A stretch of 60,008 bases of DNA, the filler included, from Basidiobolus ranarum (taxonomy: Eukaryota), in assembly GCA_040143965.1 (NCBI GenBank). It is 12 parts of 12 records of this genome, joined end to end, with 100 filler letters (N's around TTAATTAATTAA, not from the genome) between each part and the next. Parts side by side here need not be neighbours in the genome. Positions count along the whole stretch, not along the records: positions 35,123 to 40,024 come from JASJQH010001788.1; positions 40,125 to 45,024 come from JASJQH010001789.1; positions 45,125 to 50,022 come from JASJQH010001790.1; positions 50,123 to 55,015 come from JASJQH010001791.1; 8 more parts are not named here. One strand, given 5' to 3'. Made by a program: the position numbers and the translations under genes. The notes below the pieces were generated by a model, which was not told the DNA's origin, ran no database searches, and was given only the letters and a program-made list of their open reading frames with translations. Within the stretch, counting starts at the first letter, position 1, and every line of letters starts with the position of its first letter. Positions 38,077-51,845 of this stretch are shown one piece after another.

Positions 38077-38588
38077 AGTGAGAGATGGAAGATAAGCTGA
38101 GAGTCACTTCAAACAACTCACGTTTATTTACAATCCTCATTCATATAGAAATATGTTTATTCATTGGTCACAATTTCTCCTTTGCAACAATCATCATACT
38201 ACTTTCACCCATTCAACCTTAGTGAAGGTATTAATTATACATAATATCGGCTTGGTGGCTTTGTTTAATATACAAACAATACTGCCAAAGTAATCCTACT
38301 CATCACATCATACCATCTCTTCTATTCCCTACGCGTTGTTGCTCTGCATCCTTCTTCATCCAATATTACTGTAATCTTTCGCTAGTATTTTGTAACACTG
38401 AATAACACTGCATTTTCGAAATAGCCCATTCATTGGTTGATCAAACATGGATATTACCAGGATTGCCATTATATTATGGATCTAGGAGACAATCATGTGT
38501 CAAGTATAACATATCGTGTTAAAGTGGGTATTTGAGGTGTCATCACCATTTCCACTCCCCTTCTTAAGTGATAAACAAGAAGCGAAGT

Positions 38589-39494
38589 ATGAGTGAGTCT
38601 TTAGAAAACCCACCTAATATCTATGAACAAGTGAAAGCAAGATTTCAATTTTACTTATCTAAAGATACCAACTTGAGTCATGTATTGGACTCTATCTCTA
38701 ACGGTAGTAAACTTCCCGAATTAACCTGTAGTCATAGACAGTTAACTGCCATTTATTTTCGTATACTTCGTCCTAATCAACCTTTACCAAGTTGTATAAC
38801 TTTACCACCACCCTCATCACCCTTTCCCTTATCCACGCCTTCATCAACCCAACTAGAGCTATCGCCTGATAAATTTCTTCTCCAACCAAGAAGTCCCTCC
38901 ACTTCCAGTGAATGTTCAACCCGTGACTCAAGTACAGAAATTCTAGTCACACCGCACTTTGCAAACCAAGAAGAATCATTTTCGGTAGTTATACCTAACT
39001 CCAAAGAGACCCCTACTAAGAAAAATTTAGAGCACCGTTTATATCTGGATTCCGTATTCATACCCAAATATTCCACACGTACACGTAAACGTGAAACCAT
39101 TTTGGTTTCAACTAGTTCACCCTCCAAACGAAAAGCTAGAAAAATTCTTACTACTGCTCGTACTCAGAGAAACTTGACTCAAATTTTTGAAAGAACTCAA
39201 ACTAAAGGAGGTAAAGTGATGTATTGTGTATGTTGGGATGATGGTACCATGTCATGGGTAAGTAATTCCTTTCATTTTCACTTCGTTGAGTTTCTAATAT
39301 TATGAATTTTATTTTAGGAATCTCCTGCTGATTTAACCCAACATTTACCTTTATTAGAGAAATTTGAACATCTTTCTTTTCAAAGAGCGGAATCTTGGAG
39401 GGGAAAAATTATCTCTTCTAGAACTTCTTCTAAGCAAAGGAATTCTATTCCAATCACTTATCAAATGGATCCTTCTATACAATCTTTCCATTGA
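38589..39494 (+). CDS. Ser/Pro-rich protein with a C-terminal chromo-like domain; intron 39258-39317
   Basis: Splicing gives IFERTQTKGGKVMYCVCWDDGTMSW|ESPADLTQHLPLLEKF, the chromo pattern Y-x-V-x-W...SWE...L....F. Confidence 0.65.
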
Positions 39495-40124
39495 TATGGG
39501 ATCTAGTGGTACCATTTTATATAACTGTATATAGAAAGCTATCCATGGTTACACCTTCCCGTTAATGCTAATATTTCATATTTTGTTGGATTCTAAAATG
39601 ACATCCCTCCATTTACGGATACGTTTATTCTTACAATTGTAGATTCAAGTTGGTTAAACTACTGACAGTGTAGGTTACAGGATATTCAAAAATAGTTTTG
39701 TATGTAGTCAATTGAATATAAACTATGAATATTGGATATTCAAATATTTGCGAGTACTTCCAGGTGCAAACTTCAGTCCTAGCATATACTTGTCTAAAGA
39801 ATATAATTTAGTCACTAAATATTCACATTGGATATTGATTGAAAGTCAAAGTTAAGGTTACTGGATAAGGGCAGGTGACTAGTTAGCAATGATGATAAAC
39901 TAAATAGATATTAGACTTGTTCTCTGTGATAGTGCCAGATTGTGCTGTATATATCATATTGGATAAAGTATTCTAAAATTTATGCGGCACAATTTGGCAC
40001 TATCCATCACCCTCTGGCATGATCNNNNNNNNNNNNNNNNNNNNNNNNNNNNNNNNNNNNNNNNNNNNTTAATTAATTAANNNNNNNNNNNNNNNNNNNN
40101 NNNNNNNNNNNNNNNNNNNNNNNN

Positions 40125-41463
40125 GGAGGTATTGCTTGACCTCGAACGGGGGGTGGTGGCGGTGGAATATTGTTTTTGCTCTGTGTAGTAGCTGATGATC
40201 TAAATGCAGGTGGTGGTGGGCCTCTAGTGTTACGAGATGGTGGTGGTGGTGGTGCTTGACGACGGGATGCCGGGGGTGGTGGCGGCGCATTTTTTCGGCC
40301 AGCTATTGATATTATCAAGTTAATTCGGAATATAATGTGCGAAATGTCATATCTAACAAATACCTGGTGGGGGTGGAGGGATTGAAGCATTGGTATTTCC
40401 AGCAGGTGCAGCTGGGGTAGCTCCAACATTAGGGCCACCCCGAGCTAGAACATAGTAACAGATGAATTTCTGAGTGTCTTTATCCTCAAGTTGCTCTTTA
40501 CTGAAGCCAAGTTCACCCAGTTGATCGAATAGTTTCATCCACTCAGGGTCAATATTTTCAGTCTATAAAAAAAGAATTTAATCGAATGTTTTAACAATCA
40601 TAAGTTACAATATCTAATGCTGGTACTTACACTAAAGCCAGTATCAGGATCAAAACCAATATGGCCGACGTGCCTAAAGTCAGACGGACCACTAATCATC
40701 GACTTATCAAACTTCCCTTTATTCTTTTTTCCACTACTACGGGACTGTGTGAAGAAAAGTCCGGATTTAGAAGTCTTTGTGGAACTTTCACGAACACTTT
40801 TGGATTCTGTTTTTCAAGAGAAAAGCGTTAATTAATCATTATGAAATGTGTTGAAGAATTAAAAGTGAATCATACTTTTAACTTTGTTGCCATCTTCCCG
40901 TTTAGATACTTTTTTGAATAACACTTTAGCTTCGTGGTCATCTGCAAATGAAAAGGCTGCACTGCAGTTCTAGAAAAAGAGGGTTGAATTAAGTCATCAA
41001 GTTTCATTAAGATAATCGATGAGTTATTACCTCTAAAGTAAAGGTATGAAAAAAAGGGCGTTCATCAACATATTGAAACCCTTCATATAGTTCCTGCTCC
41101 CAAAGAATTCCACCAGTTCCCTATAAAAAGGTATAAATATTATAAATTTTTGAACAATCTGCTGTGCAATAGCTAAAACCTACATTGAGATCGACGATGC
41201 GGAAGAAAAATGAACCTGGGGCTGTCTTATCACTAACAAAAGCCAACGCGCCCATAATTCCAGTGTAGTTCCAAACATTGGGATCCGGGTAAGCTACATA
41301 GAGTCTAGCAACAGTAGCAGTATGGATTTTCTAGATGAATATGAATTAGTTTGATTAACTTTAAAAGAGAAAGATGGCTCATATATTTTACATTTTGTGA
41401 GGAGGGCAAAGCCTTTTTGATTTTCGCCTTGTCATCAGCTTTGGGTAATGTTTTCGAAGGCAT
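40125..41463 (-). CDS. WASP homologue (WH1 - basic - CRIB/GBD - polyproline); 3' VCA part cut; 6 introns
   Basis: WH1 VARLYVAYPDPNVWNYTG...ILWEQELYEGFQY; CRIB ISGPSDFRHVGHIGFDP; ENIDPEWMKLF; polyproline PPPPP tracts. Confidence 0.92.
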
Positions 41464-44400
41464 CGAAAGTGTAGTTCTTAGTTCAAGTGGTTATCTGTTC
41501 TAAGTAATATGTGAGCCATCGAAAACTGGATGAGCTGGCCCATCTAACTACAAATCCACCATTGTTGTGTAACACGGACTAACAAATCATATTCAGCATC
41601 TGAAACTTGACAGCGAATGAAAAATCAGAATATATTTCCAATTTAGACTCATCTTTTAGTTAAAATCGGTAACGCGAAGCCAGTTTCAAAACCAAGATTG
41701 CCTCTTAGCAACCACAAACGCCAAGTAATTAGCGTTTAGATTAGATAAAATTTATACAATCGACTGCTATAATGGCTTTCAATGTAGTTCATTGGCTATG
41801 GTTAATACTAACTTTACCAGAGGGCAGTTTAGTCTGAGTAGAAGTAAGGTTTATCAGAATGCTGCAGACTCGTTGACAAGGGAGCTGGGTATTACTCGGA
41901 TGTTTCAAAAATGTAATGTTTGACTCTGAGTTAATCACAACTCTCTAGAAAATAAAAGAGAGGGCATTTTATATTCACAGTGAAAGCACTAAAGGAAAAA
42001 ATGAAGCTGAAAACCATTCATAACCATTGTATTTTATATGTATTCAGAGCATGGTAGAATAGTAAACATGACTATATACAAAGTATTATTTGAACACGGT
42101 TGGTTTCGTCTATTACATTGAGTCTCTGCAGTGAATGTGATGGCTGGCATCCATTTACTCTACTAAAATTCAGAGATAGAAGATACTTGTTCTAGTAGAA
42201 TTCACAAGTTCTGAGCAACGTTAACCCACTGACTGAGTAAGACAGACCTAGGTTGCAGTATAATACAGCCATTTAAAATGGACAACAGTGTCATTAGGTG
42301 CATTGAGTGAATGGTCCAAATTTAAGGTGGGTGATATATAAACAGGAATGTTGGATTGACACGTTAGAAATAATACCTACCGGGGCAATTTGATGTTAAT
42401 TATTCTGAGCTTCGACAACATTGAGATTTGTAGATTGCTCAGCGAAATGATCTGTACTATTTTGGTAAACAATGTCCATAGCTAAGGCATCACTCTAGTT
42501 TACTGAAACAAATCCAAAAAAGATTAAATATTTCATTGTGAGCAATGGATTTAAATACAGAACCAGAAGTATGCTATCCATTAGCGCCGCATTTTCAGTC
42601 TTACTTTGCTTCGCGTTGATATTTCATTCTGTAGTATATTTGTATCCGTGTGTCTGTTTGTAGTCCATTCTACAGCAAAAATAGTCCAGATTTGGATGTC
42701 CCTTCCTTGCCGGATGAAAAAGGGTACGTTTTGGATGAAACCTTACATTACTTGAGTACAAATGATTAACCAGATCGCTTGTTAATTTATGACAGCTATC
42801 CAAGTCGAGGTAAACCAAGGGCCTAGTCAAGCAAACTTTGATGCTAGGGAGATGATCCCAATGAAATAGTAGGCTCCAACAGGTATGTATGATGGGCTCT
42901 GGAACTAATATTCCAGTTCAGCTTCCTCTGGGGTGGATATATGAATGAGTGAAGTTATTTTTGCTTGATCCTGGATCAACGCTTAAGCAAATGGAGAGTA
43001 TATGAATTGTGAACCAGGATACGAAGCAAGATGGACAAAGGCAATTCGATGAAAGGCCGATCGTTGGTGTCCCCAAAGCCGAGAATTAGTATATCTGAAT
43101 TTCGGTTCTCTCTCTTGTACTATGAAGATTATATTTTCCCTATATCTGGCTATAGGCTACAACATAGAAATTTTAGAGTCACTATTTGTACGTATGTAAT
43201 TGGCAAAATATTAACAGTTGTATATGCCTCACATGATCTGATATCTATGATTCAGAAACATCTTGTCCTTATCATATATATCTTTGAGCTCTGTGTATCA
43301 TCTTAGTTCGGATTTGTTCAGCAGGCCATGATAGTTTTAATTAATCGATTTTACTGCAGGAAATTACCGTATTCTTGTGATGATGCAAATGTTCTATAGA
43401 TTTTCAAAAAGAAATTAGCACGTAATTGATAGATGAAAATATATTGATATAATATCGTATGTCTTAATAAAAGTTTTAGTTAAAGAAAAGCAATTTTACG
43501 GGACGGTTAGTGCTTTACTGGTCTTTATTGTATTATTATAATCTGAAAGGGTATGCGAGAGATTCAGGTCTGAGAGCTAATCAGCGCAACAAGGGATTTC
43601 TCCAACAACCAGGCTATGATTATATGAGTTCGCTCTATATCCAAGAAAAACTATTTTATAAACCTTTATGTTTAGGTTCAGTTAACCATTATTGTTGCGA
43701 AGAATGTCACGTAAAAAACAATAGCTATCTGGGTGATTTTAGGAAGGACTCTAAAACAAAAAGGGATAGGATTGGAATCAAACAACACTAAAGATCTTTA
43801 GGAGAGTATATGATATTTACTAGGGATCAACATTTTCTATAAAAAAATAACAATTGAGGTATCAAAAAGACGTGCTTAGTATATAGATATACAAAAAACT
43901 ATGAATCCAACTTTCATACACTAAACGATCTCTCATTACTTCAAAGTATTCACATACTGTTTCTAGAAAAGTTGTATTTCGAAAATGCATTATTGTAAAT
44001 AACTAGTATCCTAGAATGCCAAGCATAGCTTCATTAAAGTCTGAACTATTATTGTAATGCTCCATTGGAGCCCCAGGAAATCAAGTTTCTGTAAGGTGCC
44101 GATATGGTATCTTCAGAGCCAAGCATCACGGGATTGGATTCATGCCTAGCCTCAAAAGTCAATAACCTAACGTAACTAACTAACTCGAAGAAAGAGAATT
44201 TGGAATCAGACAGGATCTGCGACTGATATCTAATTATCTCATAGATGGACAAAATAATACATCTCACTGGATGATGAACAAATTGGTACTTGCAGAATTT
44301 AGTCGATTAGTTAGAGAAGTTCATTGAGGTTCCAAGTTAAAGGCTCTTAAATATACTACGCATACAATGTTCTACTTACGTATAGGGGTACTTGGCTTCT

Positions 44401-45124
44401 TCCTAGCGCATAATCCAATCCGATAAAGTGCATATATATTCTCATACACAAGTTGCTTAAATTACAAAACTCTGGTAAATCAAGAAGCAATCAGAAAACA
44501 CTCCAGTCATAGAGCAACCAAAGCCCATTCTTCTTGTCATAAGGGTACCGTATGATATGGCAGTGCCATGTTTGACGTAATAGCCTTTAGCTTATCAGCT
44601 GACTTAATCAAACGCTGATTTACTTGTCTAATTTCAAAACAAAAACAAAGCGAGCTTGCTGATTTCAGCAATACAGCGAGTAAATCGAAGTAAATTAAAA
44701 CATCCAAATATGGACGAATTTTAATATGCACTATCTACTGGTCAGAATCTAACTTCCACCTACCAAGTTGACTATTTAGTAGACACTCCGAGTAAAAAGT
44801 AGTACTCGTTTCATAAGCACCACAATCACCCTAAATTCATTCCGGACATCATGTGAGCGTGCCAACTTCTAAACCTCGAACTAAGCCTTAGTTTAGGATA
44901 TGAGATTCCAAGATTGATCCTAAAGAAGCACTCATTCAGATCAGCGGCGTTTTGACCTTGCATTAGGATACCCTTAACTGGGAAATCTTGTGCTTCATGT
45001 GATAACGGCATCGTAGTCACAGTCNNNNNNNNNNNNNNNNNNNNNNNNNNNNNNNNNNNNNNNNNNNNTTAATTAATTAANNNNNNNNNNNNNNNNNNNN
45101 NNNNNNNNNNNNNNNNNNNNNNNN

Positions 45125-45750
45125 TAGAAAGAGCTTCGCAGGTATCTCTATTTAAAGTATTATCGCCCAAGGCAATTATATCTTCTCTAAAAGGAGCTTC
45201 GCTTGACAAAACTTCTGTTTTAGAAACTTGTTTGTCGTTAAAACTTTCCGAAAGTGTTTCTTTATCTTCTAAAAAAGTTTCATGGAGATGACGCAGCGAC
45301 TCCGAGACTGGGTCTCACATCGAGTCAGCAACTAATTTCAACACCAATCTCTTAATTGATGATAAATCGAGAAGTGACGATGTGAACTCATTTGCAGAGT
45401 CATGCTTCATGATGTGTGGCATTGATCGAGAACAATTGTCCGATCATGTGACTGGGGTTGGAATGCATTGAGGAAAAGAAATCCCCAATAGGGCCACCAT
45501 GCATCCCTATGCATGCGGTTTTGTTTGGTCAATGGCTCGACTACATCCAAATATCCCACTCAGTCATCAGTGTTGTTACCGTTGATCAGGTGGCGTGTAT
45601 CTTACAAGACTCTGTAAAAGTCCCTTTAGGTCTCAATCTCTGTGTCGTGGCGATTTGCTTAAGTGCAGATCACATAGCTGACAGCTCAAGAACTCAATTG
45701 GCTGAGAAATTTCCGAATCACCAATCTGTGCTTAAAGTAGGCTGCATTAT
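45125..45750 (-). pseudogene. Possible decayed coding sequence of unknown type
   Basis: Protein-like minus-strand frames (e.g. VGYLDVVEPLTKQNRMHRDAWWPYWGFLF; DPVSESLRHLHETFLEDKE) broken by isolated stops. Confidence 0.3.
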
Positions 45751-46249
45751 CGAGCTAGTGAAAGATTAGTGGTTATTAACACTTGCCCAACATCTCAAAA
45801 TTAGTTTGATATATCGTATATATAACCTTAATTGCCAATTCACTGATATAGTCTCATAATCTAAGTATATGCTCCAATTAGAACAATGTGAAATCTCTCA
45901 TACAAAGTTCAACTAGTGAGGGTAGAATACCAGAAATATTCAGATGTTAGCAGAAAGCTATTTATTTATATGTATTTCTCATATGCAGAAGATTTCATAA
46001 GCTAATTTTATATTATCAGCCTTAGAATAGTCAAACATATCGAGAGAGAAACAGTATTATGACAATCGTCATTTGTAAGTGAAATACTCTTTTTAGTGCT
46101 ATATTTATGGAGTTTGCAACATTTTTCTTAGCTTATACCTGCTAATGTATCTTGGAAGTGGCTGGGTGTAAAGCAATCGCTTTTGACTAAATTATTCATT
46201 GGTTGATAGTTTTGTAAAGGGCAAGCAAACAAACATGCAGAATCTGTCA

Positions 46250-47520
46250 AGGACGGTTCCAGCAACTTGTGTACAAAGGTAGGGGCCTCTAGGATAGGTT
46301 TGAAAAGTCCATATATCTTCAAACTTCTAATTGAATCCCAATTTGACAATAGTTGGTGATATTTTAGTGAATTTTAGAATATCTAAGCAATACCTATTTA
46401 TGACTATGTAGATACTTAGGCTATATCAATATCAACACTATCCCAAAGCCAAATAATTCTGTTTACTAATCCTGAGGAAAGTGGAAATTTCTCATTTTAT
46501 ACCAAGCAACTGATTCGATCAATATAATAGCAGTGATGGCGTCTAGAATAATAAGTTGCTTTAGTACAATCATTTTCTACAGCTACACTAATGAAATGAT
46601 ACCTAGCATATATGTGTTATATGTTAGATTTGCTAAAAAGGGTCTAGCAGAGTTTGGGGTCTCTAGCACAAGTTTAAAATATCTGCTTATATGGGGAATT
46701 CTAAGCAGGTAAACCATTGATGATAAATTTCCATTGAGAATAGTGAGTGCTATCCTAGTGATATATAATATAACTAAATACTAAGCTTTATATGATTATG
46801 TAGCTGCCTAGAAAATGATAATTTAAACTCTCTGACTCATCTACATACACATATTAACTAATCCTAAGGAAGGTCCAAGATTTGTAAGTTTCTGCCTTGC
46901 TGATGCAGTGGTTAATATGGCAGCAACCCTTTTTTCCATAGAACAAGAAGGTAAGACAATAAAGTTATTTTCTTTGTTATCTCTGATAAAATGAAGTCTA
47001 ATATGTGTATATTTGCACTTAGTATGAAGCATGGGACTTCTATCTTATATGTTATAGCTTTAATTATCTTGAATTATTGTAGCTAGTGAATTTTGAGCAT
47101 AGGCCAGATATTGCAAAAGTTTTCTTGACTGTGTTATTTCTTTTGTTATCAGACAAACAGCAATGTGTTCTGCTTCTGTTGTTGAAATTTCAATGCTAGA
47201 TTGTTTTATGAATTGTAAGAATTTGTTTCATTAAAATAAAAAATCAAATACCCTATTGTAGACCTTTTGACTTGTATATCTCTTTCCCAATTTATATTCT
47301 AGTATCCCATCAGATCAAGATTCCTTCCAGAATATATGTATTTCAAGCACAGCTCCATAGTTCCTCTCAAATAGTTAAAAATCCACTCAATAGCCATATC
47401 TTGATCAGATCTATATTTTGAAAAATTTGCTATGAATTCTCACCAAATATGGATATTTTACCATACTACAACCTTGACATACATCAACTTAATGACCATG
47501 GAACAACAAGGAAATAAATG
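46250..47520 (-). mobile_element. Degenerate copia RT/RNase H 3' end with LTR family A copies
   Basis: ISTTEAEHIA, HTKCKYTHIRLHFIRD...VAAILT remnants; LTR A at ~46620-46827 and ~46250-46437. Confidence 0.8.
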
Positions 47521-47715
47521 GCTCTGAATTGGATACAAGAATCTTCAATATCAGCCACTTATGGGGAATTTGCGATTTCTACCCACTGCACTTGTTGGAG
47601 AATCTTGACATGATGGGGGTAGACTTTTTTATCAGAAGCAACTTATGATAGTATGTTTTATTTACTTTATTCTTAAGAGTATGTGGTGAGTTAAATAGTA
47701 GCAAAATAAATCAAT

Positions 47716-47908
47716 TGTTAAAGATATTCAGGAGTTTGTGTAATAAGATCTAATAGATAAGTGTGGGTAATCAGATATACTTGTTATATAGATATAGGGA
47801 TGTTCCTATTTAGAATATAGGGCTTATATATATGTTGCTTTCTGTTTCTGATATATTTATGATAACTAAAGTTAACTAAGATGTTTAATAAAGATTAATT
47901 ATCCAACA
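47716..47908 (-). mobile_element. Copia LTR family B (3' LTR), ~190 bp; partial copy at 54717-54868 (+)
   Basis: On the minus strand it starts TGTTGGATAATT just after purine-rich AAGGCAAGG following the RNase H stop, and ends ...TTAACA. Confidence 0.75.
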
Positions 47909-47922
47909 CCTTGCCTTAATTC

Positions 47923-50022
47923 TTATTCAGCATTGTGCATATATTCACTAATGTCTATTCCTGCTCTTAACTTTTCAAAGCTTGAAGTTTTTTGTAATTT
48001 TGTTAGCATATCTGCAAGCATGTTTTCAGTATCACAATAAATAAAGTTCACTTCTTTGTCTTGAACTTTTGCTTGTATAATACATTGTCTTATGTCAATA
48101 TATTTCATCCTTGAGTGATGCTCAGGATGATAGGTGATCTGAATACAACTAATATTTTCTTGATATAATGGGATAGGATTACCTTGATCATATCCTTGTT
48201 GCTTGAGAAGACTTCTTTGCTATATTGCTTCATGGACAGCTCTAGAGCTTGCCATATATTCTACTACTGTAATTGATAATGCAACAGTTTGTTGTTTCTT
48301 ACAAATCCAGCCATTTGGCCCACCTGCTAGCTTAAACACATATCCATATCTGGACTTCCAATCTTCTGTGTTGTTAGCCCAGTCTGCATCAGCAAGTCCT
48401 TCCAGAACAAGTGACATGTTGTACTGCTTACTAAATTGAATTCTATGGTGTATTGTTCTTATCAGATCACACAATATATGTTTCACAGCTCTCAAATTTT
48501 CCATTGCAGGATTTTTCCATATATTTGCCTACTCTACTTTCTGCTATAGCAATATCAGGCCTAGTGACAGTTGTTGCATATATTAGACTTCCAAATGCAC
48601 TACAGTAAGGAATATATTCTATGATTTCAATATCTTCAGAGGTTTTTGGATCCATATCCCTAGTGAGTTTCACCATATGTAGTGGATATGAAGCAGTTTT
48701 ATATTCTGACATATTGAATCCATTTAAAACATCTGCTATATATTTTTCCTGCATAATAGGAAGTGTTCCAACATTGGAATATTCATATTTTTACTTTCCA
48801 AAACAATACACTAGTGATTCAAGATCTTGCATTGCAAACTTGGTAGATAGCCAGGTCCTAGTTTATTACATCAGAATTGAGCAATTACTCACTATTACAA
48901 TATCATCAACATAGAGAGCAAACATGACTATGGTGGCTTTGATTGTCTTGAAGTATATACAGTGATCAGCTTTGTTATGATGGAAGAGATGCTGTTTTGA
49001 CATACATTTCTTCAATCAGCATTCCTTGGTGGATAGCAATAGCTAAGCTTACTTTGATTGAGATAAACTTAGTAACAGGAGAAAATGTTTCATTATAGTC
49101 AGTGCCATGTCTCTGAGCTTGGCCTTTTACTACTAATCTTGCTTTGTACTGGTTGATACATCCATCTGATTGAAGTTTCAGCTTTGGCAACCATATGTCA
49201 CAATAAGGAACTGGACAAGGACTGGAAACAATGACAAGAGGCTAGAAGGCAGGAGAGTACTTGGGTGTAGACCACAGGACAAGATAAGACAAGACAGAAT
49301 AAGGAAGATACTTTGGCAAGAATCTTTATTGATAACTGGTGTTGATCAAACTGAGGTCTGATCAAGGAATACATGGGGCTTATATAGATATTGCAAGGTG
49401 AAACATAATATACTGAATGGGGAATATACTGTGGCAAGTTTGAGAGTCTGGGTGTTGGGGAGTACAAGGACCAATACAAAGAGGGATGATGCAAGGATGA
49501 TGTAAGGATGATCAGGTCACCTTCCATGGAAGGTCTTGGCAGAAATACACTATTTGTGGGATGACATGATTGGTTAGGTTTCATGGAATGTTCCAAAGAA
49601 CATGACTTCCATAAAAGGTAATCTGGACAAACTAACACAAGATTGCCAAGAACAGCTGGTATAGCAGATATGATGTCATAATCTAATAATAGAGGAGTTC
49701 TATTTGTAGTGGATCAGTATGCCAAGATCAGATTCATGACACTGTATATTTTCAATAGTTTTTTTTCCAGTAGGAAAGTCCACAAGGATCCATGTGTTAT
49801 TCTTGATAAGGGAGTGAATTTCATCATCAGTGGCTTTTCTCCATTCTGTTACTTCATCAGATTTCAGAGCCTGTGTCAAATTTTCTGGTTCAGAAAATGC
49901 TAAATGTGCAGATATATTCCACCCTGTTTCTGAATTGAATCTGGTGATTTCATGCTCTGATTAGAGACACTCAAAGTCCTTGGTAGAATAGTCTCTGGTA
50001 ATCCCACTTTGTTGCTTGGCCA
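47923..50022 (-). mobile_element. Degenerate Ty1/copia reverse transcriptase-RNase H
   Basis: NNTWILVD, YKARLVVKG, DYNETFSPV, LYVDD, TRPDIA, ADADWA, KKQQTVALS, KYIDIR, MLADMLTK. Confidence 0.95.
49196..49741 (-). mobile_element. Solo LTR family C (546 bp) inserted into copia RT
   Basis: TGTCA...TGACA termini with a degenerate 5-bp TSD (CCATA/CTGTA). Excision rejoins RT ...KKTIENIWLPKLK...; partial copy at 34845-35022. Confidence 0.8.
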
Positions 50023-50983
50023 NNNNNNNNNNNNNNNNNNNNNNNNNNNNNNNNNNNNNNNNNNNNTTAATTAATTAANNNNNNNNNNNNNNNNNNNNNN
50101 NNNNNNNNNNNNNNNNNNNNNNGATAATAGATTAAGCATTGATAAAACAAATCGGAAAATAAATCGATGATATGAGATCTACCTAGAGATATTTGAAATC
50201 ACGTGGGAATCTAGAGTCAGATGAGATTCTTAGATCTCAGGACGTCGGCAGTGTACACGAATAGATTCGCTGGAATCCATCAAGTCATACTTCAGTTACC
50301 ATATATACGTGGGGTGAGTAATCTATAGCTGGGTACGGATTTAAAAGGATTGAGTGGATAGTTTCCACATGCAAATCCAATATGGCTTTAGCTCAGAAGA
50401 CTTGAGCATCACCACCACCAACAGGAGACATAAAGCTAGATGCAGTCATACGTCGTGCTCTTGGTCCAATCCCTATTATGTCAATTACCGCGACCATTGG
50501 ACTGATTCCAGCTACAAATGTGTGCATATAGATCTCCCTGATTTCGATTCAAGCATCTTCTTAGCTCAAGGGTTTTGACCATCCAACTGTGAACCTTCGC
50601 ACTGAAATATGATTGGGAGCTCAAGTAGGACCTGTCCATTCACTCATCAGCAGTCTCCCCAAGATCTTCGCGATATGAAAACGTCAGTAGAGCCCGTGAG
50701 GATTCCCTCAAGTCCAAACTTGATTCGCCCACACCGGTATTATGCTGAGAAACATCGTTACAACACACACAGCAGGTCCTCTTGATCAGATCCCAATACA
50801 AATATGAGGTGGTTTTTGTTAATTAGCTGTGACATCCACGCCGCTAACGAATTCAGACCGGTCTTGAGGTGAGGTATGGGATGAGATGGCTGTGAGAGAA
50901 TTCATGGTTCCCATTATGATTCGATTCAGGTTTCACAGTTTCAACTAGATACATTCACAAGTTTCACGAGAGATATTCAGTGC

Positions 50984-51015
50984 ATTCCATTCCATTCGAT
51001 TCGATTCGATTCCAT
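50984..51015 (+). repeat. ATTCC/ATTCG pentamer microsatellite
   Basis: ATTCCATTCCATTCGATTCGATTCGATTCCAT. Confidence 0.8.
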
Positions 51016-51752
51016 TTCTCTCTTCCATGATGGGTTACTAATCTAAATTAAACTGGCGATCCACACTCTCTCATTACCGAAAATAACCATCAGATCGATT
51101 TGAAACTTGGAAATCTTCTTTTTAGGTTGATCCATGATATTGGAATAGGTAGGTGACACCGTATCCTATCAATGTGTCGCTGTAGAGTACCGGGTATGTC
51201 CCATATTTATACTGCTAGCAACCCATGAACGGATGATCGAGATCCATTCCGTCCATCACCATATCAATCCAAACTCCATCCTTCTAAGGGTTAATGAGAG
51301 CTCTTATTGAATGAAGGAGTGCGAGAGAACAGGCTTCCAGAGATGCGAGATCAAGAATTCCCTCAGCAGTCGTATGAGCTATCGCACCCTGGCAACTGCA
51401 TCTATCTACTCCTTGGAGATCCTCATGGTTGGCTGCCACAGTGCCGACGCATTCATCGGAACATCATATATTTAGCTAATTGTAGCGTCACCACTGTGTA
51501 GAAAGAGGGTGAGCACTTGTATATAGATAAACCATAATACTCGCATATCCTTAAATTGTACAATAATCGAAAATCCCCCATCGAATGAATGTCTCTTTAT
51601 GATAGGTGGCCTCTATTGCATACAAACTAATGAAACCAAAGAGAAGATTCCCATTCGATCTTGATGCCATGCCAAGAATATCTACGAATTGTGTCATTGC
51701 TGAATACAATGGGATTCTTACTAATTAAGAGTGGGATCTTGGACATCTGAGA

Positions 51753-51845
51753 CTATTCCCTTGCAATCCTCTTTTTAATCGACTCTCTATTCTAAGTATT
51801 CTATTCCCTTGCAATCCTCTTTTTAATCAACTCTCTATTCTAAGT
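51753..51845 (+). repeat. 48-bp tandem duplication
   Basis: CTATTCCCTTGCAATCCTCTTTTTAATC(G/A)ACTCTCTATTCTAAGT occurs twice. Confidence 0.9.

Noticed and set aside
41500-45024. Short ORFs in long AT-rich stretches (also 1700-4925, 12200-14500, 50123-53200)
   Set aside because: No recognisable motifs, splice structure or RNA gene that I can support
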